Origin: Bryobacterales bacterium
GTDB taxonomy: Bacteria; Acidobacteriota; Terriglobia; Bryobacterales; UBA6623
Assembly (NCBI GenBank): GCA_963422375.2
Contig: OY729427.2
Span: 1,504,001 to 1,568,000 of the forward strand
Reading direction: 5' to 3'
Length of the DNA: 64,000 nt
A program made the position numbers and the translations under genes. This document shows, one piece after another, positions 34,260 through 44,727 of this stretch (positions within the stretch are counted from its first letter, which is position 1; each line of letters begins with the position of its first letter). The notes beneath the pieces were generated by a model. The model made no database searches. It had not been told where the DNA came from and saw only the letters and a program-made list of their open reading frames with translations.

Positions 34260-36677
34260 ATGCTCCGAGGTCTGCGGGCACTGGGACCGGCCGCGGCCAT
34301 GTGGGTCGCCGGCGCTAACGCAGCCGTCTCGATCGAACCGGGCGGAATCAACATCCAGAGTCCCGGCCAGTCCCAGCGCGTGATCGTATCCGGGGGGTCC
34401 GACTGCGAACTGGCAAGCGCCGACCCAGCGGTCGTCGCGCTCGATTCGGACCGTCTCGTGGCGCTCGCCAGTGGCAACGTGCGGATCGCCGCGAGCTGCG
34501 CCGAAGGCACCGCCGAGGCCACGGTGCGGGTGGGAGACTCCCAAGCCGCCGTCGGCGTCGGATTCGAGCGCGACCTGCTTTCGATCCTGACGACCAAGGG
34601 CTGCAACTCCTCGGCCTGCCACGGATCGCCGGCCGGGCAGAACGGATTCAAGCTGTCTCTGTTCGGCTCGGACCCGCATCTCGACCACGAGACGATCGTC
34701 AGCGGTCACGGCGGACGGCGGGTCTCTCTGGACTCGCCCGAGGAATCCCTGTTCCTAGCCAAGCCCGCGTTTCGCGTCGCGCACGGGGGCGGCCAGCTCA
34801 TGACCTCCGCGTCGGACGAGTACGCCACGATCCTCGAGTGGCTGCGCCAGGGCGCGCCGTACGGCGCGTCGGGCGTCCGCTTGGAGCGTCTCGAGATGCA
34901 TCCGGGCGAGCGAGTGCTCCAAGGCACGGGCTCGCGGCAGCAGATCGTGGTCGTGGGACGGCTGTCCGACGGCACGACCCGCGACATGAGCGGCGAGGTC
35001 CGCTACTCGGTAATCGACGAGGCGGTGGTGTCCTTGGACGACAGCGGCGGAGTCGTCGCGACGGGGCCCGGCATCACCACCGTGATGGCGCGCGCGATGG
35101 GGAAGGCCGCCACGGCGCAGTTCATCGTCACCGGGCCAGCGGCCGGGCGAAAGCTGCGGTTCCCCGAGCCGGCGAACCTGATCGACGAGCGGATCTTCGC
35201 GAAGCTCGCGAGCGTCGGGATCGAGCCGTTCCCGCCCAGCGACGACCGCACCTTCCTGCGGCGGGTCTACCTGGATGTCGCAGGGGTACTGCCCACGCGA
35301 GCCGAAGCCGAGAGATTCCTTGCCAGCAGGCATGCGGACAAGCGAGGCAGGCTGATCGACGAGCTGCTGGACCGGGCCGAGTACTCGACGCACTGGCTGG
35401 TGAAGTTCGAGGACTGGTTCCGCAACTCGCAATACTACTCGCAGGGCCGCACCAACGGCTCGTTCAAGCGCTGGCTGCACGACTCCATACGCGAGGACCG
35501 GCCTTATGACGAGACCGTCCGGGCGATGCTGACCGCGGTGGGCGACACCACCGTGCGGCCCGCCGGGAACTTCTGGCACCCGGCGATCGACTTCATGCTC
35601 AAGAAGTTCGAGGTGGAGAAGGCCGTCCCGACGATCACGCGCCTGTTCCTCGGGCGGCGGCTCGAATGTGCGCAGTGCCACAACCACCCGCTCGAGAATC
35701 TCACGCAGGACGATTTCTACGGGCTGGCGGCCTTCCTCGCGCGGACGCGGGTCAAGCACGGCTACGGGCAGTACCGGCGCATCTGGTACGACGACCGCCG
35801 CGGCGAGATCGAGCATCCGGTGACCAAGCGGCCGGTGGCGCCGCGCTTCCTCGACGGGACGGAAGCCGTCGTGCCCGCGGGCGCCAGCCGCAGGGAGGTG
35901 CTGGCCGACTGGATCACTCGCAGGCAGCGACTCCAGTTCGCCCGCGCCACGGTCAACCGCGTCTGGTACGAGTACTACCGGCGCGGGATCGTCGAGCCGT
36001 TCGACGACTTTCGCTCGACCAACCGAGCGACGCATCCGCAGATGCTGGACGACCTGGCCCGGTTCTTCGTCGACTCCGGATTCCGGTTCAAGGCGCTGCA
36101 CCGGCTGATCCTGAATTCGAGGACCTACCAGCTGTCAGCCCACTCCGCTGACAGGCCCGGCGGGACGAGCGCCCTTGAGGACACCCTCTTCGCTCGCTAC
36201 GTCCCGCGCAAGCTCCCCGCCGAGGTGCTGCTCGACGCCATATCACAGGTCACGGGCGTGCCCGAGGAGTTCAACAACTACCCGCCCGGCACGTCGCCGA
36301 AGGAACTGATCGCCAGCATCGGGGCCACGCACTTCCTCACGACCTTCGGCCACCCACGCCGCGACATCATGGGGGCACGGTCCAACTCGCCCTCGCTCGG
36401 GCAGGCCCTGCAGATGATGAACGGGGAGGTGCTCGCGGGCCGGACGGAGGCGGAGGGCTTCGTGATCGACGGACTGCTCGGGCACGGCCTCTCGGACGGC
36501 GAGATCGTGAACGCGCTGTACGGCCGGTCCCTCGTCCGCGAGCCGGACGCGAAGGAGCGGCGCGCGCTGGAAGCCTATCTGGAGGCCGAGCAGCGGGCGG
36601 GCCGAAGCCGCCGGCAGGGCCTCGCCAACCTGCTCTGGGCTATTCTCAATACGAAGGAGTTTCAGATGAACCTGTAA
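34260..36677 (+). CDS. DUF1549/DUF1553 (Planctomycete cytochrome-like) protein with Ig-like domains
   Basis: GCNSSACHG, GQNGFKLSLFG, FLRRVYLD, LECAQCHNHP, VNRVW...RGIVEP.DD, LWAILNTKEF. Confidence 0.9.
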   Translation: MLRGLRALGPAAAMWVAGANAAVSIEPGGINIQSPGQSQRVIVSGGSDCELASADPAVVALDSDRLVALASGNVRIAASCAEGTAEATVRVGDSQAAVGVGFERDLLSILTTKGCNSSACHGSPAGQNGFKLSLFGSDPHLDHETIVSGHGGRRVSLDSPEESLFLAKPAFRVAHGGGQLMTSASDEYATILEWLRQGAPYGASGVRLERLEMHPGERVLQGTGSRQQIVVVGRLSDGTTRDMSGEVRYSVIDEAVVSLDDSGGVVATGPGITTVMARAMGKAATAQFIVTGPAAGRKLRFPEPANLIDERIFAKLASVGIEPFPPSDDRTFLRRVYLDVAGVLPTRAEAERFLASRHADKRGRLIDELLDRAEYSTHWLVKFEDWFRNSQYYSQGRTNGSFKRWLHDSIREDRPYDETVRAMLTAVGDTTVRPAGNFWHPAIDFMLKKFEVEKAVPTITRLFLGRRLECAQCHNHPLENLTQDDFYGLAAFLARTRVKHGYGQYRRIWYDDRRGEIEHPVTKRPVAPRFLDGTEAVVPAGASRREVLADWITRRQRLQFARATVNRVWYEYYRRGIVEPFDDFRSTNRATHPQMLDDLARFFVDSGFRFKALHRLILNSRTYQLSAHSADRPGGTSALEDTLFARYVPRKLPAEVLLDAISQVTGVPEEFNNYPPGTSPKELIASIGATHFLTTFGHPRRDIMGARSNSPSLGQALQMMNGEVLAGRTEAEGFVIDGLLGHGLSDGEIVNALYGRSLVREPDAKERRALEAYLEAEQRAGRSRRQGLANLLWAILNTKEFQMNL

Positions 36678-36688
36678 GGGGATCCGCA

Positions 36689-37960
36689 ATGCTTCTCTCA
36701 GACACCTCCGCCCGCTACAGCCGCAGGGACTTCCTGCGGGTGGGCGGGATGTCGGTCGGGGGCATTTCGCTGCCGCGCCTGCTGACGGCATCGACCGGGC
36801 GGAGCGAGATCTCCTGCCTGATCTACTTCCACACCGGCGGGCTCTGCCAGCACGACTCGTTCGATCCCAAGCCCGGAGCGCCGCGCGAGATCCGAGGCGG
36901 CTTCGGGACGATTCCGACTTCCGTCCCGGGGGTGCGTTTCAGCGAGCTGCTGCCGCGCAGCGCGGCAGGCTTCCGCCGATTCTCCGTGATCAGGTCAATG
37001 TTCTCGCTGGAAGCGATTCACGAGAAGGCCAAGCAGTACGCATTCTCGGGGCAGCGGCCCAACAACGCCTACAAGCACCCGGTCTACGGCTCGGTGGTGG
37101 CGCGCGAACGAGGGACCCGCAACGGCCTTCCGCCGTTCGTGGTCGTACCGCGCAAGGACATCTGCGCCGACGCGGGCTTTCTCGGCTCTTCCTACGACCC
37201 GTTCATCGCCGGCGACCCGTCCAAGGAGAATTACTCGGTGCAGGACCTTGCCCTGCCCACCGGCCTAGGCCTGGAGGAGGCCCGGGGAAGGGCCCGCCTG
37301 CTGTCGGCGCTGGACGCCCGCCTGGAAGCCGTCGAGAGGTCAGGCCTCGTCGGCAGCATGGACCACTTCTACCAGAAGGCCCTTGACTTGGTGAGCTCGC
37401 CCGAGGCGAAACGAGCCTTCGACCTGGGCGCGGAGCCGGACGCGCTGCGCGACGCCTACGGACGCACCACGGGCGGCCAAGGAGCGCTGCTGGCGCGCCG
37501 ACTGATCGAAGCGGGGGTCCGCTTGGTAACGCTGTTCCACAACGGCTACGACACCCATTCGGACAACGACAAGTCCAACCGGAAGCTGTACCCCGAGTTC
37601 GACCAGTCGTTCTCGACGCTCTTGGAAGACATGGACTCGCGCGGCCTGCTCGACACGACGCTGGTGGTGGCGATGGGCGAGTTCGGGCGCACGCCGGAGA
37701 TCAACCACTCCGCCGGTCGCGACCACTGGCCGGGCGTGTTCTCCATCGCGGTCGCGGGGGCGGGCGTGCCCGGCGGGCAGGTCATCGGCAGCTCGGACGC
37801 AACAGGCGCGGAGCCCAGCGACCGGCCCGTCTCGATCGAGGATCTCGGGGCGACGATTTACCGCAAGCTGGGAATCGACAGCCACAAGGAGTACCACGCG
37901 CTGGGGAGGCCGATCCGGATCAACGATGGCGGGGAACCGATTCGAGAGCTCTTCGGATAG
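36689..37960 (+). CDS. DUF1501 family protein with twin-arginine motif
   Basis: SRRDFLR, DSFDPKP, ARRLIEAGV, YDTH, MGEFGRTP, GRDHW. Confidence 0.92.
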   Translation: MLLSDTSARYSRRDFLRVGGMSVGGISLPRLLTASTGRSEISCLIYFHTGGLCQHDSFDPKPGAPREIRGGFGTIPTSVPGVRFSELLPRSAAGFRRFSVIRSMFSLEAIHEKAKQYAFSGQRPNNAYKHPVYGSVVARERGTRNGLPPFVVVPRKDICADAGFLGSSYDPFIAGDPSKENYSVQDLALPTGLGLEEARGRARLLSALDARLEAVERSGLVGSMDHFYQKALDLVSSPEAKRAFDLGAEPDALRDAYGRTTGGQGALLARRLIEAGVRLVTLFHNGYDTHSDNDKSNRKLYPEFDQSFSTLLEDMDSRGLLDTTLVVAMGEFGRTPEINHSAGRDHWPGVFSIAVAGAGVPGGQVIGSSDATGAEPSDRPVSIEDLGATIYRKLGIDSHKEYHALGRPIRINDGGEPIRELFG

Positions 37961-39854
37961 GCGTGCGACGCGGCTTTGCCGCCTCGCCATGGCGGCGGTC
38001 GCAGCGACATGCATCGCGGTCGCAGCCGAGGATCGGGGCGACCCGTGGATTGACCGCCTCGAACCGTTCGGGGGCCAGCGCGGCGCCGAGACGGAGGTGG
38101 CGGTGGTCGGGCGAGACCTGTCCCTGCCGGCCACGCTCGAGTTCGATTCGCCGGATCTCAGCTGGGAGACGGCAGCGAACGACAAGGACGGGACTGTCCG
38201 CGGGATCGTCCGCGTCGCCGCGAGCGCCCGCCCGGGGCCGCATGTCGCGACCTTGGTCACGTCGCAGGGCCGCTCGAACGCCCGTCTGTTCTACGTGGAC
38301 GAGATGCGCTCGGCGCGGGAAGCGGAGCCCAACGACACGCTCGCTACGGCGCAACGCATCTCGCTGGATCCGCAAACCCTCCACGGCGGCATGCCGACGC
38401 TGCGCGACGTCGACTTCTTCGTGTTCGACGCGGAGGCCGGCGAGCGGCGCACGTTCGACCTGCGCTCTCTGGAGTACGGAGGCTTCCTCGAGAACAACCT
38501 GTCGCTGCTGGACGCGGACGGGAACACCGTCGCGTTCAACGACGACAGAGACGACTACCTCGAGACCCCGTTCCTCGAGCATGCCTTCCGGCGGTCGGGG
38601 ACCTACTACCTGAAGCTCGACCAGTACCGCGGTCCGCAGCGTGTCAACTGCCACCGCAACTGCGGCTACATGCTGCGAATCGGCGACTTGCCCGTGGTGG
38701 AAGCGGCCTTCCCGCTCGGGGTGCGGGCTGGCTCCAAGGTCGAGGTGTCCCTGCGCGGCCGCGCCCTAGGCAACGTGGAGAGGGTGTGGATGGCACCCGT
38801 CCGGCGGGCGGAATACTACCGCCTCACGTTCCCATTCACCATGCCGCTGCGCACAGACCAAGCCACGGCGAGCGCCATCGACGGCGAGGTCGCTGCCCGC
38901 TCGGAGCGCGAGGCCGTTGCGCGCTTCGGAATCCCCGACGACGCCTGGCGCGGACTGTGGCGGCTGTGGGTGCAGGCGCCCGGCGGCGTAACGGACTCGA
39001 TCAGCTTCGAGGTGTCCGACACGCCCGAGCCGGACTGCCAGCTTATCGAGCCCTCCCCCGAAGGCGCCGCCTGCAACGGCGTTCTGGAAGGGGAGGCAGC
39101 CGAGCACGAGTACCGGCTGCGCCTGGAGGCGGGCCGGCCGGTGGTGGCGACCACGCTGGCAGCGCAGCTGGGTCTGCCGCGCCTCGACACCGTGCTGGAG
39201 CTGTTCGACAGCGAGGGGCACTTGGTCGCCGAGCACGACGACCTGATGACCGGCCAGGGCACGGTCATCGGCAATCCCGATTCGATGCTCCATTACAGGC
39301 CCGACCGCGGGGGGCTGTACCGGCTGGCAGTTCGCGACCGCCTCGGCCGCAGCGGCGCGGACCTAGCGTACCGGCTGCGAATCGAGGAGCGCGAGCCCCG
39401 CTTCGCGCTGCTCACCAACCCCGAAAACCTGAACGTCCTCCCCGGTTCGACCGAGCGAGTCGGAGTGCTGCTGGTCCCCGAGCCCGGTTTCGAGCGGGCG
39501 GTGGAGGCGTGGCTCGAGAACCCCCCGGAGGGGATCGCCGCCGAGCCCGTCAAGTTTCGGCCCGGGCAGTTCTTCGGGCCTTCCGGAGACGGCGACAACG
39601 TCGTGATTCCCCAGGCGTTGCTCGAAATCGCGGTCGCCCGCAGCCTTCCGCCGGGGGACTATCCGATCCGAATCCTAGGCCGGGCCGCGCGCCGAGGCAT
39701 CCCTGTCGAGGCGATCTCGACACTCTGGATCGGGCCTCCGAGAAAGCGCAACGATGTGCGCAGGCCTCTCGAGATGATTCGCCTCACAGTCCTTCACCCG
39801 CCCGATCCTGAAGTCGCTACCGACGCGACGGCCTCGCTGGGCGGGTTCCGCTAG
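37926..39854 (+). CDS. Exported protein with repeated PPC (pre-peptidase C-terminal)-like domains; alternative start 37989
   Basis: P.GGQRGAE.EV, EAEPNDT, DVDFF, LDTVLELFDSEG..VAEHDD, YRL.VRD..GR.G. Confidence 0.8.
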   Translation: MAGNRFESSSDRRATRLCRLAMAAVAATCIAVAAEDRGDPWIDRLEPFGGQRGAETEVAVVGRDLSLPATLEFDSPDLSWETAANDKDGTVRGIVRVAASARPGPHVATLVTSQGRSNARLFYVDEMRSAREAEPNDTLATAQRISLDPQTLHGGMPTLRDVDFFVFDAEAGERRTFDLRSLEYGGFLENNLSLLDADGNTVAFNDDRDDYLETPFLEHAFRRSGTYYLKLDQYRGPQRVNCHRNCGYMLRIGDLPVVEAAFPLGVRAGSKVEVSLRGRALGNVERVWMAPVRRAEYYRLTFPFTMPLRTDQATASAIDGEVAARSEREAVARFGIPDDAWRGLWRLWVQAPGGVTDSISFEVSDTPEPDCQLIEPSPEGAACNGVLEGEAAEHEYRLRLEAGRPVVATTLAAQLGLPRLDTVLELFDSEGHLVAEHDDLMTGQGTVIGNPDSMLHYRPDRGGLYRLAVRDRLGRSGADLAYRLRIEEREPRFALLTNPENLNVLPGSTERVGVLLVPEPGFERAVEAWLENPPEGIAAEPVKFRPGQFFGPSGDGDNVVIPQALLEIAVARSLPPGDYPIRILGRAARRGIPVEAISTLWIGPPRKRNDVRRPLEMIRLTVLHPPDPEVATDATASLGGFR

Positions 39855-40792
39855 CCACGGCGCGACATTCGCCCGCGGAGGCTGGGACTGCCGCCGGTTC
39901 CACCATCTGCGACATCGGATCGAGAGTCCGCGCCACAGGGCATGAGCCGGGTCGGAAGGCCCGGCGGCAACAGCCGGATGCTGGCTCCCAAGCCGACGAG
40001 CACCGACCCCGGACCGCCCAGTGCCCCGGCTCGCTGCGAGGGACGCCCCGACCGGGCTCGACACAGCGCTTCGCCCGTGGGTTGCCGAGTGCCATCAAGC
40101 CGAGTCGATCACACCGGATCCGTCTAAGGAGATGGCGATTCCCCCAAGCGGACCAAGGCAGTTCCCGCGGCAGGTCGATTCCGCCGCGAGCGAATCTGAG
40201 TCCAAGGGCCGTTCGGAGCCTTGGGCAATGCGCTGACGGAGCGCATCAAGCGGTTCGGCTCGCTGCCGGCACGGAGGAGGCTCGGCACCTCGCTCGACGG
40301 CCGGCCACGCCGGCGCGGTCCCTAGCGGGCGCCGCCGGATTTCACGAGGCCATTCTCGGCGCGGCGATGGCCCCCCCGGCGCGAGACCGAGGAATCCGAG
40401 GCTCGCGCGCCAAGCACGGCTGCGCGTCAGCAACTCAGGACCGCAACTGATCAGCGCCCGGCTTGGGTCGAGCTGCGACTTGAATAGGCCTGTCGATGCT
40501 GTGTACTAAATCGCGGTGCGTGACTCCGCGGACAACATCCTCGCTCGCAGCAACAAGTCCACTCCCAGCCGTCACGACCGAGTCAACGCCAAGAGACCAA
40601 CTCTCTGGCCGAGGCCACCGCCACGCGACGATCTTGCGTCCACGGTAAGGCGAAAAGAGTGGCGCGAGGCCTGCGATTGTGGCGGTCGAGCGCGAACATT
40701 CGCGCCCGCTCGTCAAGAGGCAGAAACGATCCGTCGCTTGATCCCTTGCTCGGAAGCGGCAGGCCCCGCAATCATTCGCACGAACACCTAGC

Positions 40793-40810
40793 GGGCTCGG
40801 AAGCGAGCCC
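40793..40810. terminator. Hairpin downstream of gyrA (possible terminator, no U-tract)
   Basis: gggctcg-gaag-cgagccc, 36 bp past the gyrA stop. Confidence 0.35.
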
Positions 40811-40846
40811 CGGAAATCGGATGGCGCCGCATGGCCGCTACTGGCG

Positions 40847-43438
40847 CTACTGGATTGGGAGGGTGGACTGCGTGCCCACGGGTTCGTCATCGTCGACAGG
40901 CTCGTCGATCTCGTCCGTGCGAGGCACCACCACGGCGGCTGCCACCACATCGCCTTTCTCCAGGTTCACTAGCCGCACCCCTCTGACCCAGCGCCCCATC
41001 GGGCGAATCTTGTCGCAGCCGATCCGCAGGATCTTGCCGTTGCGAGTCACGATCATCAGATCGTCGTCGGCCAGGACCCGCATCACCGACACCACCGCTC
41101 CGTTGGAGCGGGTGATCTTGGCATTGATGACTCCCTTGCCACCGCGGCCCGTTACGCGGTACTTGCCGAGCTTCGTGCGCTTCCCGTAGCCGAGCTCGTG
41201 GACGGTCAGTACCAAGTGGTCCTCGTCGGCGCAGATCATACCGATCACGGTGTCGTCCTCCTCGATCCGGATCCCGCGAACGCCCCGCGCGGCCCGCCCC
41301 ATGGCGCGCACCTCGCTGTTCTGAAAGCGGTTGGCCTGGCCCTTCCGAGTCGCGATCAGAATGTCCTTGTCCTTCGCGCACAGCCGGGCCGACACCAGTT
41401 CATCTCCATCGACCAAGATCAGCGCGATGATGCCTCGCGAGTTCGGACGTGCGAACACCTCCAAGGAGGACTTCTTGATCGTGCCTTGGCGCGTGACCAT
41501 GGCGATATAGGTTTCCGGATCGAAGTTTCGGACCGGGAGAAACGCCTGCACTGTCTCTTCCGGCATCATCTCGAGGAGGTTGGCGATGTTCCGCCCGCGC
41601 CCGGAGGCGGCAACCTCGGGAATGGTGTAAATCTTCAGCCAGTAGACCCTCCCCAAGTTCGTAAAGATGAGAATATGAGAGTGGGTCGTGCCGATGAGCA
41701 GACTCTCGACAATGTCCCCGTCCCGCGTCGTCATCCCGATGCGGCCTCTCCCCCCTCGCGATTGCTTGCGATAGGTGTCGAGGGATGTCCGCTTGAGGTA
41801 GCCGTTCTTAGTCACGGTCACGACCATGTCCTCGTCGGCAATCAGGTCTTCGATGGAAATCTCCTTGGCTTCCAGCCCCATCTCCGTGCGACGCTCCGAT
41901 GCGAATTTCTTCTTCAGAGCCCGCAGCTCGTCGACGATTAGCTTGTTCAGGACTTGCTCGGAACTCAGAATCTCCAAGTAGCGCTTGATCTTGTTCTGAA
42001 TCTCCTCCAACTCGTCCAAGATCTTCTGCCGCTCCATGCTGGTCAATCGCTGGAGCTGCAATTCTATGATCGCTTGGGCCTGCCGGTCAGTAAAATCGAA
42101 CGGCAAGGCGCTGGTTTCGCCTCCGTCTCGCAGAAATCGCGAATAATCGATCCTGACCACGCCTGTCAACCCAGCCTTGGCCTCCTTGGGGTTCTGCGAT
42201 GCCCGAATCAGGGCGATGACCTCGTCAATTCGCAGTAACGCCTTGGAGAACCCGAGCAGGATGTGCTCGCGAGCGCGCGCCTTTCGCAGAAGGAAATTCG
42301 TCCTTCGCCGTACAACATCTTGGCGATGGGCGATGAAGAGCTTCAGGTATTCGATCAGTCCGATTTCCTTCGGCCTGCCATCCACGATCGCCAGTATGAC
42401 AACACCGCTGCCCTGCTGAAGATCGGTGTGCTTATACAGATTGTTCAGCAACACCGCGGGCTGCTCGCCACGCTTGAGATCGAAGACGATGCGCATTCCG
42501 CTCCGGTCACTCTCGTCTCGGATGTCGCTGATTCCCTCGATCTTTTTCTGGTTGACGAGATCGGCAGCCTTCTTGATGAGACGCGCTTTGTTGACTTGGT
42601 ACGGAAGCTCGGTGACGATGATCGAATGCCGATCCTTGCCCTTCTCCTCGATCGACGTCCTAGCACGCATTACGATATGGCCGCGCCCTTCCTTGTACGC
42701 TCGCAGCATGCCGGAACGTCCGCATAGAATCCCGGCGGTGGGAAAGTCCGGCCCCTGCACGATGCTCACGATGCGTTCGAACTTCGTGTTCGGGTGCTTG
42801 ATCAGCTGAATCGTCGCGTCGACAAGCTCCCCAAGGTTGTGGGGCGGGATGTGCGTGGCCATGCCCACGGCGATGCCGCTGGCACCGTTGACCAGCAGAT
42901 TGGGCGCCGCCGCCGCAAGGTGCTCTGGCTCCTGCGCGGAATCGTCGTAATTCGGGCGGAAGTCCACCGTGTCCATGTCGATGTCTTCCAGCAGGGCCTC
43001 GGCGTAAGGAGCGAGGCGCGCTTCGGTGTACCGCATGGCCGCGGGCGGGTCGCCGTCAACTGAGCCGAAATTGCCCTGCCCGGCAACCAGAAGCTCACGC
43101 ATGCTGAAGGGCTGCGCCATGCGCACGAGCGTGTCGTAGATCGATGAGTCGCCGTGGGGGTGGTATTTCCCCATGACCTGCCCGACGATGCGAGCGCACT
43201 TGCGCGGAGGCCGGTTCGAGCGAAGGCCCTCCTCGCGCATCGCGTAGATGATCCGGCGCTGGACGGGCTTGAGCCCGTCCCTCACGTCGGGCAGGGCGCG
43301 GCCGATGATGACCGACATCGCATAGTCGAGATACGACTTGCGCATCTCGTGTTCGATGTCGATCGGTCGGATGTCCGGGCGCAGGTCCTGATCTTGGAGG
43401 GACAGTTGCTGGGAGCCGTTGGTATGGTCTTCCGCCAT
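40847..43438 (-). CDS. gyrA: DNA gyrase subunit A
   Basis: [26 protein letters not shown], GyrA box QSRGGRG, C-terminal beta-pinwheel repeats. Confidence 0.97.
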   Translation of the reverse strand: MAEDHTNGSQQLSLQDQDLRPDIRPIDIEHEMRKSYLDYAMSVIIGRALPDVRDGLKPVQRRIIYAMREEGLRSNRPPRKCARIVGQVMGKYHPHGDSSIYDTLVRMAQPFSMRELLVAGQGNFGSVDGDPPAAMRYTEARLAPYAEALLEDIDMDTVDFRPNYDDSAQEPEHLAAAAPNLLVNGASGIAVGMATHIPPHNLGELVDATIQLIKHPNTKFERIVSIVQGPDFPTAGILCGRSGMLRAYKEGRGHIVMRARTSIEEKGKDRHSIIVTELPYQVNKARLIKKAADLVNQKKIEGISDIRDESDRSGMRIVFDLKRGEQPAVLLNNLYKHTDLQQGSGVVILAIVDGRPKEIGLIEYLKLFIAHRQDVVRRRTNFLLRKARAREHILLGFSKALLRIDEVIALIRASQNPKEAKAGLTGVVRIDYSRFLRDGGETSALPFDFTDRQAQAIIELQLQRLTSMERQKILDELEEIQNKIKRYLEILSSEQVLNKLIVDELRALKKKFASERRTEMGLEAKEISIEDLIADEDMVVTVTKNGYLKRTSLDTYRKQSRGGRGRIGMTTRDGDIVESLLIGTTHSHILIFTNLGRVYWLKIYTIPEVAASGRGRNIANLLEMMPEETVQAFLPVRNFDPETYIAMVTRQGTIKKSSLEVFARPNSRGIIALILVDGDELVSARLCAKDKDILIATRKGQANRFQNSEVRAMGRAARGVRGIRIEEDDTVIGMICADEDHLVLTVHELGYGKRTKLGKYRVTGRGGKGVINAKITRSNGAVVSVMRVLADDDLMIVTRNGKILRIGCDKIRPMGRWVRGVRLVNLEKGDVVAAAVVVPRTDEIDEPVDDDEPVGTQSTLPIQ

Positions 43439-43464
43439 AGAACCTGTAGTAGGGGGACTCCTTG

Positions 43465-43492
43465 ATTATACAACAACTGGCACCGCGCTCAA
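43465..43492 (-). promoter_or_regulatory. Putative gyrA promoter
   Basis: Minus strand TTGAGC, 16-bp spacer, TATAAT; -10 ends 26 bp before the ATG. Confidence 0.6.
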
Positions 43493-43505
43493 CTGGCACC
43501 GCGCT
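43474..43505. repeat. Perfect 16-bp tandem duplication (caactggcaccgcgct x2)
   Basis: Read directly. Confidence 0.95.
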
Positions 43506-43606
43506 CGCTTCGTCGAACGGAGGGAGCCCAAGCCGCGGCGCGGGGCGTCCCCGGAGCCGTCCAAGCCAGGCGAACCGAGTTCGCGGTCGCAGGGCCGAGA
43601 CCGCGG

Positions 43607-44033
43607 TCACGCGCTCAGTTTCAGGTTGATCGAGAGCTTGAGAGTCGTGCCTTGGAGATCGAGCCGAAGACTTGCGTCCTTGCCGGGAAGTTGAATCTCG
43701 GCCGGACCTTGGTCGAGTTCTCGTAGGTCAAGTCTTATCTGCCTAGGCCGGAGAAGGGAGTCCTGTCGCGCCTGCCCGTATGCGCTAGGACCGAGACTGC
43801 GCCCTTTGTACTCAATCTGAAGTCCCCTACTCCTGCAGCACTGTCTGCACTCGGTCCGGGTGCGGGATTGCCCGCCCACTCAGATACGAGCTTGCCGCCT
43901 GTCTTGAAACCCCAGACCACTTGGCGACCTCACTCGATCGAGTCATACCACTCGCACGTAACCGGCGCGCCACTTCGTCGGAGACCCGCTTCACGGAATC
44001 GCGGTACTCCTGGCTGGTCCGAGGCCGAGGCAC
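43607..44033 (-). pseudogene. XRE/Cro-type HTH regulator broken by an apparent 1-bp insertion
   Basis: EVAKWSGVSRQAASSYLSGRAIP helix-turn-helix; removing one A from GAG TAG GGG (~43828) restores E-W-GLQIEYKG and reads through to 43607. Confidence 0.65.
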
Positions 44034-44060
44034 GGGCGGAGCGACTTGGCCAGCCGCGCT

Positions 44061-44083
44061 GTTGTCAGCTCTTGCCTGACAAC
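44061..44083. promoter_or_regulatory. Palindromic operator candidate between divergent HTH and NUDIX genes
   Basis: gttgtcag-N7-ctgacaac, perfect 8-bp inverted repeat; each arm contains the -35-like TTGTCA. Confidence 0.55.
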
Positions 44084-44113
44084 GATGTATGGCAACATAT
44101 TGCAAACGCCGCC

Positions 44114-44727
44114 ATGCGAGGGAGACCGGAGCAGATCCTAGACGTCGTGGACGACCAAGATCGTGTCATAGGCACGGTCCGTCGAACCGAGGCCCTGCCC
44201 AGAAGTGCCAACTTCCCTGTAGCGCATCTCTTCCTCTTCAACGCCCAGTCCGACCTACTGCTCCAGCGCCTCGCGTCGTCGCGACCGCGGCATCCGGGAT
44301 GCTGGGGGGCCTCAGTCGCCGCTTACGTGAACTCAGGCGATCAGGCGAGACATACGCCGAGGCGATCAGAAGACGGACCCGGGAGGAACTCGGGATTGCC
44401 TTGGACGGCTTCACCGTGCTCGGCAAGTCATCGATGGTCGACGAAAGAAGCAAGAAGTTTGTTACGGTATTTTCAGGAGTGTGGACTGGCCCGTTTCACC
44501 TGGACTCGAGTCACATCTCCGAGGCTAGCTTTCTGTCCCTGGCAGATATTTTTCGAATTCGTAACTCAGAGGCTTGGACGTTCACTCCAGCTTTTGTAAA
44601 GCTAGTAGATCTATTCTTCCAAAGAGTTGATGATCATGAATCCCTTTTCGACAAAGCAAGGAGAATCTCTCATGGACATCAAGAACAATCACGACCACAT
44701 GTTGACTTTCTACAAGATTGCAGTTAA
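44114..44727 (+). pseudogene. NUDIX hydrolase (IDI/YfcD-like) frameshifted by an 8-bp duplication
   Basis: LDVVDDQDRVIG, HLFLFN...LLLQR, PGCW..SVA, then Nudix box GETYAEAIRRRTREELGI in another frame; tcaggcga x2 at 44333-44348. Confidence 0.85.
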
